From positions 38,912 to 102,911 of the forward strand of contig CAYUPO010000001.1 of the NCBI GenBank assembly GCA_964446685.1: DNA of 64,000 bases. The letters are read 5' to 3'. The notes beneath the pieces were generated by a model. The model was not told the origin of the DNA. It saw only the letters and a program-made list of their open reading frames with translations, and made no database searches. Origin of the DNA: an uncultured Gammaproteobacteria bacterium (lineage in GTDB: Bacteria > Patescibacteriota > Microgenomatia > Daviesbacterales > UBA10151). A program made the position numbers and the translations under genes. This document shows positions 9,529 to 18,720 of this stretch, in pieces. Each line of letters opens with the position of its first letter. Within the stretch, counting starts at the first letter, position 1.

Positions 9529-10790
9529 AAAAAATCGTTCTTTTATCCGTTTATGGTGACAAAAATATAGGGGATGCTGCCATATTACAATCCTCACTTA
9601 AAATAATTGATAAATCTATTGATAGACTTTCAGAATTAACTATTTTTTGCGCTGATCCCAAATTCCTAACATTACCCAAATTAAATAGGCTGAAAATAAA
9701 TATCGCTCAAAAACCTTATGGTTATGCTATTCGTCATAAAGGACATTTTTATTCTGAAATATTAAAAATATTTTATTTTATCGAAATCTTCTTTTTTTCA
9801 GGAGTTTATTATGCTTTAGGTAAAATAAATCTAAAATTCTTACCTGATGCAGGATTTTATTCATATATTGGGATTATTCAAAGAGCCGACAGTGTTTTTA
9901 GCATCGGTGGCGGATATCTTAGAACAAAAAGTAAATATAAGGACTATTTCGGTTTATTGCTTACATTACTTCCTATAATTATTGCAAAAAAATTTAAAAA
10001 AAAGATCATATTTTTACCTATGTCATTTGGCAATTTTGCATCAAGTATCCATGCTAAGTTAAGTTTCAATGCAATAAAGGATTCTGTTTTATATATACGA
10101 GACGAAATTAGTCTTAAAACATTGAATAACATGTCTCCTAATTATACTTTAAACATTACTACAAGCCCTGATCTTGCATTATATATGAATTTTGAAGAAG
10201 CAAATTTAGCAAAAAAAATGCGTAGTAAATACATTGTCATGACTGCTAGAGTTTGGTTTAGTAATAGAAAAAAACAGGCATATTACGAAAACTCACTCAA
10301 ACTGTTAATCGAATTTTTATGGGATTCATTTCAAATTAAAACTATTTTTATACCAATGACATGGAATCAGAATGAAGATAATGATGAAGAAGTAGCTATA
10401 AGAATTCAAAAAAAATTATCCAATAGGAAAAGTTTTGAAATACTGAATGCAAAACATCCTTCAGAAGTATTAGAAATCTTAAGTAAAGCTTATTTTTCTG
10501 TTTGTACTCGAATGCATTCCGCGATTCTTTCTTCAGTAGTCAAAACACCATTCATATGTATTGAGTATGAATATAAAACATCAGGATTTCTTAAATTAAT
10601 GAATTTATCAAAGTGGAATATAAATATAAATAATGTAACTTTTGATTTATTAAAAGATAAAGTCTTAAAACTAAAAAAAGAGAAAAATTATTCTAAAATT
10701 CATAAACTGCTAAAAACTAAACATACGCAATTTAAAAAAGAAGAAGACAAACTTATAGAAATGCTTAATAAACAACTGAAAACTATATGA
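9525..10790 (+). CDS. Polysaccharide pyruvyl transferase-like (CsaB/WcaK family) protein
   Basis: N-terminus KKIVLLSVYGDKNIGDAAILQSS matches the PS_pyruv_trans start motif (...G.YG..N.GD.A.L). 421 aa. Start/stop overlaps with neighbours. Confidence 0.45.
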   Translation: MKKIVLLSVYGDKNIGDAAILQSSLKIIDKSIDRLSELTIFCADPKFLTLPKLNRLKINIAQKPYGYAIRHKGHFYSEILKIFYFIEIFFFSGVYYALGKINLKFLPDAGFYSYIGIIQRADSVFSIGGGYLRTKSKYKDYFGLLLTLLPIIIAKKFKKKIIFLPMSFGNFASSIHAKLSFNAIKDSVLYIRDEISLKTLNNMSPNYTLNITTSPDLALYMNFEEANLAKKMRSKYIVMTARVWFSNRKKQAYYENSLKLLIEFLWDSFQIKTIFIPMTWNQNEDNDEEVAIRIQKKLSNRKSFEILNAKHPSEVLEILSKAYFSVCTRMHSAILSSVVKTPFICIEYEYKTSGFLKLMNLSKWNININNVTFDLLKDKVLKLKKEKNYSKIHKLLKTKHTQFKKEEDKLIEMLNKQLKTI

Positions 10791-11599
10791 ATAATCCATT
10801 AGTAACAATAATTATGTCAGCTTATAATGATGAAAAGTATATACATTCTGCGATTGAAAGTATTATTAATCAAACATATAAAAACTGGAAACTGATATTA
10901 ATAAATGACGACTCTTCCGATAACACCGAGGCGGTCATCAAACCTTTTTTAAAAAATACAAATAGGATCAACTACATTAAGAATAAAAAGACTAATGGAT
11001 TAATTACAAACCTCAACTACGCGTTGGATTTGGCAGATGGCAAATACATAGCAAGATTAGATAGTGATGATATCTGGATTGATTCTGAGAAATTAAATGA
11101 TCAAGTAAATTATTTAGAAAATCATAAGGATTACGTTTTGACAGGTACGTGGGGATTTAAAATCTCATCAGATGAAACGCCGAAAGCTCCAATAATGTAT
11201 CCTGTTACTGATAAGAAAATTCATAACTATTTTTTAATTGAGAATTGTTTCATTCATAGTAGTGTGCTTATACGAAAAAGCACATTAGATAAAGTCGGAT
11301 TTTATGATCCTGAATTTCCATCTGCTGAAGATTATGGTCTCTGGGTAAAACTTGGAACGTCTGGGAAATTATATAATTTACCAAAATATATGACAGGTTA
11401 TAGAGTAAATCCTAAGGGTATAAGCTATAATAAATATGCTGAACAAATATCAAGTTCAATAAAAATTGTAAACAAATTTAAAGATTATTACCCTTTTTAT
11501 ACAATTGGTCTATTATTATGGTATGTGCGCAAGTTTTTTCCAAGAGATTTAAGAGAGGCGCTCTCAAGAAATTTTCGTTCACGTTTTGTATCTAAGTAG
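10787..11599 (+). CDS. GT2 family glycosyltransferase
   Basis: VTIIMSAYNDEKYIHSAIESIINQTYKNWKLILINDDSSDNT, a classic GT2 N-terminus with DxD (RLDSDD). Confidence 0.7.
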   Translation: MNNPLVTIIMSAYNDEKYIHSAIESIINQTYKNWKLILINDDSSDNTEAVIKPFLKNTNRINYIKNKKTNGLITNLNYALDLADGKYIARLDSDDIWIDSEKLNDQVNYLENHKDYVLTGTWGFKISSDETPKAPIMYPVTDKKIHNYFLIENCFIHSSVLIRKSTLDKVGFYDPEFPSAEDYGLWVKLGTSGKLYNLPKYMTGYRVNPKGISYNKYAEQISSSIKIVNKFKDYYPFYTIGLLLWYVRKFFPRDLREALSRNFRSRFVSK

Positions 11600-11602
11600 T
11601 AT

Positions 11603-13183
11603 ATGAATATTGTTAATAAATTATTATTAATGGCTAAAAGAAATGAAAATAAGATTATTATTTTAATATTGTTTCTGTTGAGTTTTTTTTCTTTTTTATA
11701 TTATTTTCAAGATTATAAACATCTCCCCTATGCAGATTCCCTTTCTCGATTAAATATAGCAAGGAAAATTGTTGATAATATTAACCCAGGATTGGCCCAA
11801 ATTGGTAATGTATGGTTACCCTTACCTCAACTATTGATGCTCCCCTTTATCTGGAATGATTATTTGTGGCACTCAGGCATAGCTGGTTACATAATGTCTG
11901 GTTCTATGTATATTCTTGGTGGTTACTTTGTATTTAAATCAGCTAAAAGAATCAGTAAATCCAGTATCGGAGCGATATGCAGTTTGGGTATATTTGCATT
12001 AAATATAAATCTCCTTTACCTTCAAACTACTGCAATGTCAGAGTCAATATTTTTGTGCTCCTTAGCTGCAACCATTTACTTTTTTCTACTTTGGTTTGAA
12101 AATAAAAAAACTTCCTATTTGATACTAGCCGCATTATCAGTTAGTGCAATGACATTAATCCGCTATGAGGGACTTGCACTTTTATTACCTTCGATTCCTA
12201 TGGTTTTCATCTATTCATATATACAAGACAGAAAGTATCACAATGCTGAAGGAGTAATCTGGCTATATTCAATGTTAGCATGCTTAGGTTTTAGTTTATG
12301 GACTCTCTACTTAACTGCTATATTTGGTGATCCACTTTATTGGAAAAATTATTATGCAACACCGCAAGCAACAGGTGGGGCAGTTGCTGCATATACTCAA
12401 GCAAAACCATTTATTGCTGCATTATGGCAATATTTTACATCATTTATATGGATGATAGGAATTATACCTACATTATTTGCAGGTTTAGGAACTGTAATCA
12501 TGATAATTATGTCAGTAAAAAAACGTAGCTGGATTTTTATGCCTTTGTTATTACCACTTTCAATTTTTCTTTTCATGGTTCTAACACTTCAACGCAACAC
12601 ACCGATTGTTCAACCAGATTTGACATGGACCAATATACTAAATCCACAAACTAGCCATGGTACTGGATTTAACATCCGTTATGGATTACTTCTACTTCCC
12701 TGGGTAGCAATAATGTCATCATACATTTTCAGATTTAGAATAAGAGCATTAAATGTACTTTTATTTATGCTAATGCTAGTTCAATTCCATACATACTGGT
12801 CACCTGATTATACAGTTATGTATAAAATTCCGGACCGAATAGCTCCTAAACCATATACTAATTTTACAAGTTGGATTCAGAAAAACCATGATGGAGGAAA
12901 AATATTAATAAGTGCGGGTTCTATGGAAGATCAGATGTTTCAAACAGGTTTTAATTACAGTACCTTTATTCATGAAGGAGCGGGTAAATACTGGACTGAA
13001 TCGCTTGATAACCCTTCGAGATATGCAAAATGGGTAGTAATTGATTACGGAAATAATACAGATACTCTTGCCAAAAAAATGAACCGTGTAGATATTTTAG
13101 AGAGAGAATATCAATTAGTTTATGAAGAAAGACAACTAAAAGTATTTAAGAAAATATCGGATCCGTATTTTGTTCTTAAATAA
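11603..13183 (+). CDS. GT-C fold membrane glycosyltransferase (ArnT/PMT-like), paralog 1 (AT-rich copy)
   Basis: About 12 TM helices plus ~100 aa C-terminal soluble domain. First-loop motif YADSLSRLNIARKIVDNINPGLAQIGNVWLPLPQLLMLPFIWNDYLWHSGIAGY is shared with paralogs at 13187 and 18721. Confidence 0.55.
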   Translation: MNIVNKLLLMAKRNENKIIILILFLLSFFSFLYYFQDYKHLPYADSLSRLNIARKIVDNINPGLAQIGNVWLPLPQLLMLPFIWNDYLWHSGIAGYIMSGSMYILGGYFVFKSAKRISKSSIGAICSLGIFALNINLLYLQTTAMSESIFLCSLAATIYFFLLWFENKKTSYLILAALSVSAMTLIRYEGLALLLPSIPMVFIYSYIQDRKYHNAEGVIWLYSMLACLGFSLWTLYLTAIFGDPLYWKNYYATPQATGGAVAAYTQAKPFIAALWQYFTSFIWMIGIIPTLFAGLGTVIMIIMSVKKRSWIFMPLLLPLSIFLFMVLTLQRNTPIVQPDLTWTNILNPQTSHGTGFNIRYGLLLLPWVAIMSSYIFRFRIRALNVLLFMLMLVQFHTYWSPDYTVMYKIPDRIAPKPYTNFTSWIQKNHDGGKILISAGSMEDQMFQTGFNYSTFIHEGAGKYWTESLDNPSRYAKWVVIDYGNNTDTLAKKMNRVDILEREYQLVYEERQLKVFKKISDPYFVLK

Positions 13184-13186
13184 CTT

Positions 13187-14698
13187 ATGAGTCTGGCAAA
13201 TCGTATTTCTGAGAATGGTGTGTTGATTGTTACTTTCTTTCTTTCCTGTGTTGCTCTTTATTTTAGTTTTATTAACAACTATATCCTGACTTACAATGAT
13301 GCAGCTTCTCATTTGAATATTGCCAGGAGAATTTTTGATAATCTGACTCCGGGTATTGCTCAGATTGGGACTGTTTGGTTGCCTTTGCCGCATTTGTTGA
13401 TGTTGCCTTTTGCCTGGAATGACTGGTTGTGGAATACCGGGTTTGCGGGGAGTGTGGTTTCGATGGGGGCTTTTTTGGGGAGTGTTTTTTTTACTTATAA
13501 AACAATTTATCTGGTCAGTAAAAGCTGGGTGGGAGGGATAATTGGGGCTTTGGTGATGGCTTTGAATCCGAATTTTTTGTATATCCAGACAACACCGATG
13601 ACAGAGCCGCTGTTGATCGCTAGCTTTATCATGTCGGTTTATTTTCTGGCTAAATATGTCCAGAACTGGCAGGTGCAATCTTTGCTGATTTCGAGTATTT
13701 TTGTCGCCTGCGCCACCCTGATTCGTTATGACGGCTGGTTTTTGTATGCTTTTCTGACTGCGCTACTGCCAATATGGATCTGGAAGTGGCGAGGGATAAA
13801 AGAAGCTGAGAGTAGTGTGATTTTGTTTTTGTTTATGGGTGGATTTGGGATTGTGACCTGGGTGGTGTGGAACTGGATGATTTTTGGAGATCCGCTTTAT
13901 TTTATTACTGGACCTTACTCGGCTTATGCTCAGCAGAGAGTTTTGAGTCAGGTCGGGCAGCTGCCGACTGAGGGAAATATTTATAACGCTGTTTTGTATT
14001 ATTTTTGGGCGGTTGTCAGTAATAATGGGATGATTTTATTTTTTAGTTCAGCGTTAAGTCTGCTGATTATCCCTTTTTTTGTAAAGCAGAAAAAGTTTTT
14101 AATTCTTTTTATGGCGGCTTTTTCACCAATTTTATTTAATGTAATTGCTTTATTTGTTGGTCAGTCGGCAATGAATGTGCCACAGGCCCCAACAAATCCA
14201 GGAATGTTTAATATCCGCTACGGGATGATGGCGTTGCCTTTTATTGCTTTGAGTCTGGGAATATTAGCTTCAGATAAATGGATGAGATTTCTGGTGATAT
14301 TTGTTTTGCTGCTGCAAAGTTGGGTGTTTTTTAAAGAAGGAATTCCTGTTTCACTGGCGGATGGTATTCATGGTAGAGAGCAGACTTATTATACTGTTGA
14401 AGCCAGTAAATGGCTGAGAGAAAATTATACCGGTGGTCTGATACTGACTAGTCTGGCTTCACATGATGCATTTGTAGCGAGAACTCAGCTGCCGATGAAA
14501 AATTATATTCATGAAGGGACTCAGGATCATTGGTATGACGCTCTGCATGATCCGTCTGAGGAAGTAGAATATATCGCCACCCTATCTTTTCCGCCAGATA
14601 GCGTCTATAAACAACTAGCGACCAATCCGACATTTTTGAAAAAGTATAAGATGATTCATAGTTATGAAAAGTTTGGGATTTATAAGAGGATAGACTAG
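13187..14698 (+). CDS. GT-C fold membrane glycosyltransferase (ArnT/PMT-like), paralog 2 (GC-normal copy)
   Basis: NDAASHLNIARRIFDNLTPGIAQIGTVWLPLPHLLMLPFAWNDWLWNTGFAGS aligns with paralog 1 but at ~40% GC versus ~30% for paralog 1. Confidence 0.55.
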   Translation: MSLANRISENGVLIVTFFLSCVALYFSFINNYILTYNDAASHLNIARRIFDNLTPGIAQIGTVWLPLPHLLMLPFAWNDWLWNTGFAGSVVSMGAFLGSVFFTYKTIYLVSKSWVGGIIGALVMALNPNFLYIQTTPMTEPLLIASFIMSVYFLAKYVQNWQVQSLLISSIFVACATLIRYDGWFLYAFLTALLPIWIWKWRGIKEAESSVILFLFMGGFGIVTWVVWNWMIFGDPLYFITGPYSAYAQQRVLSQVGQLPTEGNIYNAVLYYFWAVVSNNGMILFFSSALSLLIIPFFVKQKKFLILFMAAFSPILFNVIALFVGQSAMNVPQAPTNPGMFNIRYGMMALPFIALSLGILASDKWMRFLVIFVLLLQSWVFFKEGIPVSLADGIHGREQTYYTVEASKWLRENYTGGLILTSLASHDAFVARTQLPMKNYIHEGTQDHWYDALHDPSEEVEYIATLSFPPDSVYKQLATNPTFLKKYKMIHSYEKFGIYKRID

Positions 14699-14726
14699 TA
14701 ACTTTTGTTGTTTGTGGCTCCATCAC

Positions 14727-14863
14727 GTCATTTCGAGTGTAACGAGAAATCCCTGCCTCGAGCGAAGTCGAGAGGTCAAGACTAGATGACCAAGCTCCTG
14801 CTTCGTAAAAAGGAACAAACCTGGTTTTAATCATGAGATCTCTCGCTCCTCGCTCGAGATGAC
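14727..14863. mobile_element. MITE-like GC-rich palindromic element, copy 1 (termini gtcatttcgag ... ctcgagatgac)
   Basis: gtcatttcgagtgtaacgagaaatc...ggttttaatcatgagatctctcgctcctcgctcgagatgac. Same termini at 32619-32708 and 21469-21618 (inverted). Locally ~55% GC in a ~35% GC genome. Confidence 0.6.
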
Positions 14864-14889
14864 ATAGAAATAATTAATATAAAAGCTTT

Positions 14890-16215
14890 ATGAGAAGACA
14901 CGATAATACTACGCAAAAAAAACTGACATCTGTTTTAACATTTATTCTGGTTTTGATTATTCTGCCGGTGGTTTTTGGGACGGTCTTTTCCAGTCAGTCT
15001 GAAAATACTTCTGGACTGTCTACCCCTGTTGTACAGACCTCTCCCTGCATCTGGCAGATCTGTTCGATTGATACCATGAAAACTTCCCGTGATCTGGCCA
15101 GAACCCATTTAAACAATCCGGCATATGATAGTGAAATCCAAAACCAGCTGCGTCTGATTAAACAAACCGGCGCTTCCTATGTCTCGATCACCACTCCCTA
15201 TGATGAGGAATTCAGACCCTATCTAAAAAGGTGGGTCACACTAGCCAGACAGGAGGGCTTAAAGGTCTGGTTTCGGGGCAACTGGTCATCCTGGGAAGGA
15301 TGGTTTGGATATCCCAAAGATATGTCACCTGAACAACATCTGATAAAAAATTCACAATTTATTACCAGTAACACAGCTTTATTTCAAAACGGTGATATTT
15401 TTGATCCCTGTCCGGAATGTGAGAACGCTGCCTTCTGGCCGCAGGACGCGAAAAATCAGGATTATCGCAACTTTTTGCAGACTCAGCAAAAGCAAACCAA
15501 AGAAGACTTTAAAAAAATTAACAAACAGGTAAGGGTTTTACCATCAGTAATTGGTGGAAGAGCCAAAGATGTTTTGGATAAACAATCTTTTGATAGTCTG
15601 GATAAAATCATCAGTATCGATCATTACATCAAACAACCACAGGGAATGGCTGAATATGTTGATTATTTTGATAAAAAGTTTGATACCAAAGTATTGGTCA
15701 GTGAATTTGGAGCACCAATTCCGGATATGAACGGACCGATGGATGAAAAACAACAGGCTGCATTTATCAAAAGTATTTTAGAGACTTTGTATAAAAAAGG
15801 TGACAAAGTGGTCGGATTAAATTACTGGGTTTTATCTGAAGGGACAACTATGCTGGTAAACAATGATGGCTCAACCAGACTGGCCTATGACATAGTAAAG
15901 CAGTATTTTAATCCATCTGTTGTGGAGGGCAGAGTGACTGATTCACTGGATCAGGGAGTGTCAGGGCTGGTGGTAAAAACAACGGATAATGCCTCTGTCA
16001 CAAAAACTAATGAAAATGGCTATTTCCAGCTGCATATTCCACCCCGGAAATTTGAAATAGTAGTTGATGATCCATCTTTTTATTCACAAACAGCTTCACT
16101 TACGACAACTACCAGTGGAGAAAAAATTTCCTATAATTTTTTTGTGGCACCTAAGAATCCGGGAATCTGGTATAAATTAAAACTGTTCTGGAAGAATACC
16201 ATCCACAAAAGCTAG
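14890..16215 (+). CDS. Secreted putative TIM-barrel glycoside hydrolase (GH5-like) with C-terminal carboxypeptidase-regulatory-like (CarboxypepD_reg) domain
   Basis: N-terminal TM/signal. Candidate nucleophile motif LVSEFGAP. C-terminal EGRVTDSLDQGVSGLVVKTTDNASVTKTNENGYFQL resembles the CarboxypepD_reg beta-sandwich. Family assignment tentative. Confidence 0.35.
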   Translation: MRRHDNTTQKKLTSVLTFILVLIILPVVFGTVFSSQSENTSGLSTPVVQTSPCIWQICSIDTMKTSRDLARTHLNNPAYDSEIQNQLRLIKQTGASYVSITTPYDEEFRPYLKRWVTLARQEGLKVWFRGNWSSWEGWFGYPKDMSPEQHLIKNSQFITSNTALFQNGDIFDPCPECENAAFWPQDAKNQDYRNFLQTQQKQTKEDFKKINKQVRVLPSVIGGRAKDVLDKQSFDSLDKIISIDHYIKQPQGMAEYVDYFDKKFDTKVLVSEFGAPIPDMNGPMDEKQQAAFIKSILETLYKKGDKVVGLNYWVLSEGTTMLVNNDGSTRLAYDIVKQYFNPSVVEGRVTDSLDQGVSGLVVKTTDNASVTKTNENGYFQLHIPPRKFEIVVDDPSFYSQTASLTTTTSGEKISYNFFVAPKNPGIWYKLKLFWKNTIHKS

Positions 16216-16230
16216 CTTTTTTTTAAAAAT

Positions 16231-17799
16231 ATGTCCCCCTCTTTCAAATTATTGGTGATCCGAAGCGTGATGTGGCTAAGTTTTTTGGCCTTAATAGGAT
16301 ATATCTATCAGGACAATTTATTAACCTGGTTTAAAACAACTCCTCAGGAATCGGAGAAAGCGAAATTTGCCCGGACACCTTTTGTTAGCGTTGTTGGTAC
16401 AAAACTGTATCTGGAGGGAGAGGAATACCGTTTTACAGGTGTTAATGCTTATCATCTGGCCACTTTAAACGGAGCTAATGCCGGCTGTGGCGGACAGGAA
16501 AATGATCTGACTGGTTTTATGTCAAAACTGCGGCCTTTTTCTGTGATCAGACTGTGGGCATTTCAGGGAGGACAGGCTACCAATGTCACAACCAGACAGA
16601 TCGACTGGTCTGGAATTGACCGGGTGGTGAACTCAGCCCAGCAGAATAATATTAAACTAATACTGACGCTAGCAGATCAATCCGGCACCTGTGATGATGG
16701 CCATTGGAAAGATTTAAGCTGGTATCTGGGTGGATATAAAAAGCCGGTAAATGATTTAAACAACGGCCTGACTCCTCTGTCTTATTTAGACTATGTGAAG
16801 TTGATTGTCTCCAGTTACAAAGACTCCACTGCTATTGCGATGTGGGAAATGATTAATGAACCGGAAGCTTCTGACTGCCCGGCAGGCTTTAAAGGTTCTG
16901 CCTGTTACCAAAAACAGATTTGCCCGGATGAGCAAAAAGCTACCAAAGCCATGCGTAGTTTTTTTGACACTGTGGGGGGAACAATTAAATCAATTGATAA
17001 AAACCATCTGATCAGCTCCGGACTTTTGGGAGACGGACAATGCGGAGCAGTCTGGGAAGATTATCAGTATCTGCATCAAAGTGACATGATAGATGTAGCC
17101 AGCTACCATGATTATCAAAGAGACAATGAACCATTTCCAGGAGATCAGTGGAATGGTCTGCAAAAAAGACTGGATCAGATGAAACAGATTAATAAACCAC
17201 TAATTATTGGTGAAGTCGGAATAAAAGCAGCAAATAATTCATCAGAATGTGTCAGTCTGACAGTCCGCAAAGATAAATTTAAAGCTAAAATGGATGCCCA
17301 GTTTGCAGCAGGTATCGCTGGATTTCTTCCCTGGTCTTTTACAAACGGAAAAACAGTTAACTGTAACTACGATATTATAGATGATGATCCGGTATTGAAA
17401 CTGCTTAATGATTACCCATTAAGCCAAAGCTCTTTCAATAACCCAGTTCCCTCTTCTCTGCTACAATTTTATACTTTTAGTCCTCTCCCCTCACCACTTA
17501 TTCCCTCTCCTTCTCCAGACATGACTCCTCCGACAGCTCCAACCCTTCTTAAGGCTCTATCTGTTACAGCCACCCAAATTAACTTAAGCTGGAAAGCTTC
17601 AACTGATAATAAAGGCATCATCAGATATGACATCTTCCGCAATGGCAGCTATCTGACATCAACCGATCAAACCAGTTTTAATAATACTGGTCTGACGCCC
17701 TCCACTTCCTATTCCTATCAGGTAAAAGGGAAAGATGAAGCAGCAAATAATTCACCTGCTTCAAATACTTTAAATATAACTACTCTTACTCTTAATTAG
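16231..17799 (+). CDS. Secreted GH5-family glycoside hydrolase (mannanase/cellulase-like) with Pro-rich linker and C-terminal fibronectin type III domain
   Basis: GH5 acid/base motif MWEMINEPEAS and nucleophile IIGEVGIK. Linker SPLPSPLIPSPSPDMTPPTAPT. FN3-like LSVTATQINLSWKASTDNKGIIRYDIFRNGSYL. Confidence 0.6.
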   Translation: MSPSFKLLVIRSVMWLSFLALIGYIYQDNLLTWFKTTPQESEKAKFARTPFVSVVGTKLYLEGEEYRFTGVNAYHLATLNGANAGCGGQENDLTGFMSKLRPFSVIRLWAFQGGQATNVTTRQIDWSGIDRVVNSAQQNNIKLILTLADQSGTCDDGHWKDLSWYLGGYKKPVNDLNNGLTPLSYLDYVKLIVSSYKDSTAIAMWEMINEPEASDCPAGFKGSACYQKQICPDEQKATKAMRSFFDTVGGTIKSIDKNHLISSGLLGDGQCGAVWEDYQYLHQSDMIDVASYHDYQRDNEPFPGDQWNGLQKRLDQMKQINKPLIIGEVGIKAANNSSECVSLTVRKDKFKAKMDAQFAAGIAGFLPWSFTNGKTVNCNYDIIDDDPVLKLLNDYPLSQSSFNNPVPSSLLQFYTFSPLPSPLIPSPSPDMTPPTAPTLLKALSVTATQINLSWKASTDNKGIIRYDIFRNGSYLTSTDQTSFNNTGLTPSTSYSYQVKGKDEAANNSPASNTLNITTLTLN

Positions 17800-17857
17800 T
17801 TTTATATAGTAATGTTAATGTTTTGCTTTCTTACAACTTTCTGATACGATAACCACG

Positions 17858-18667
17858 ATGAATTTTGAAACCCTTCAAAAAGGAATCTACAGTTTAGTCA
17901 TGAGTGTGAGTGTTACATTAGGTTCTACTCTTCTCCCCCCCTCTCCTTCTTCACCCTCTCAAAATGCCCTGCAGGATCCTGGAGTAATTGAATCTTTTAA
18001 TGTACCAGCTGAAAATTCGCTGGACAATTACAATATCGAAATCCCAACAGCAATTGCGTCTTCTGAGGAAACCACACCCTCTCCCCTGCCTGAAGTCAAA
18101 GTGCTGGGTACTGAACATAAAATTTTAGCCTCAGAAATTGTTGAAGAAGCTACAAAAGCCGCAATAGTCACTGTCGAACTACCTGCCAAACCTCAAAAAA
18201 AGCTTGTTAAAGCAGATGAAAAAGCAAAAATAGAGCCCAAAGCAGAAAGCCCAAAAAAAGAGGAATCTGAAGTAGCCAAAGAAACCCCCTCTTCTGTTCC
18301 GGTAATTCAGAAACTGGCAGCAAATGCCGAAAAACTGTTTGAAATGGCCAATCAACATCGGAAAGAGTTAGGTCTGGCTCCATTTGAGAAAGAGGAAAAA
18401 ATTTGCAAAATTGCTGAAACAAGAGCTCCACAGGTCCATGATGAGGTATTTGTCGAAGGACCGCTACACAAAGGCTTTAAAGCTTTAAACCTGCCTTACT
18501 GGGCAACTGAAAATATAGCTGCTTATTCCACTATTGAACAAAATTTTAAATTCTGGATCACTGATGCAATTCATAAAAAAGCGGTTGAAGGACCTTCCAA
18601 ATATAGCTGTATTGCCTGCTCCGGCACCTCCTGCTCCCAAATATTCACCAGCTTTATTCCAAAATAA
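17858..18667 (+). CDS. Secreted CAP/SCP/PR-1 (YkwD-like) domain protein with Pro/Lys/Glu-rich low-complexity N-terminal region
   Basis: C-terminal ANQHRKELGLAPFEKEE...HDEVFVEGPLHKGFKALNLPYWATENIAAYS...FKFWITDAIHKKAVEGP matches CAP domain signatures. Signal-like N-terminus. Confidence 0.5.
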   Translation: MNFETLQKGIYSLVMSVSVTLGSTLLPPSPSSPSQNALQDPGVIESFNVPAENSLDNYNIEIPTAIASSEETTPSPLPEVKVLGTEHKILASEIVEEATKAAIVTVELPAKPQKKLVKADEKAKIEPKAESPKKEESEVAKETPSSVPVIQKLAANAEKLFEMANQHRKELGLAPFEKEEKICKIAETRAPQVHDEVFVEGPLHKGFKALNLPYWATENIAAYSTIEQNFKFWITDAIHKKAVEGPSKYSCIACSGTSCSQIFTSFIPK

Positions 18668-18720
18668 TACAACTACTCTTGTCATCCAACTTATAGTTAT
18701 ATATACTGCTTTTTTGCATT

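Noticed and set aside
13136-13678. 180-aa ORF on the minus strand spanning the junction of GT-C paralogs 1 and 2
   Set aside because: Antisense to two well-supported membrane-protein genes. Its His/Gln/Pro/Arg-rich translation is typical of reverse-frame artefacts in AT-rich coding sequence. No motif.
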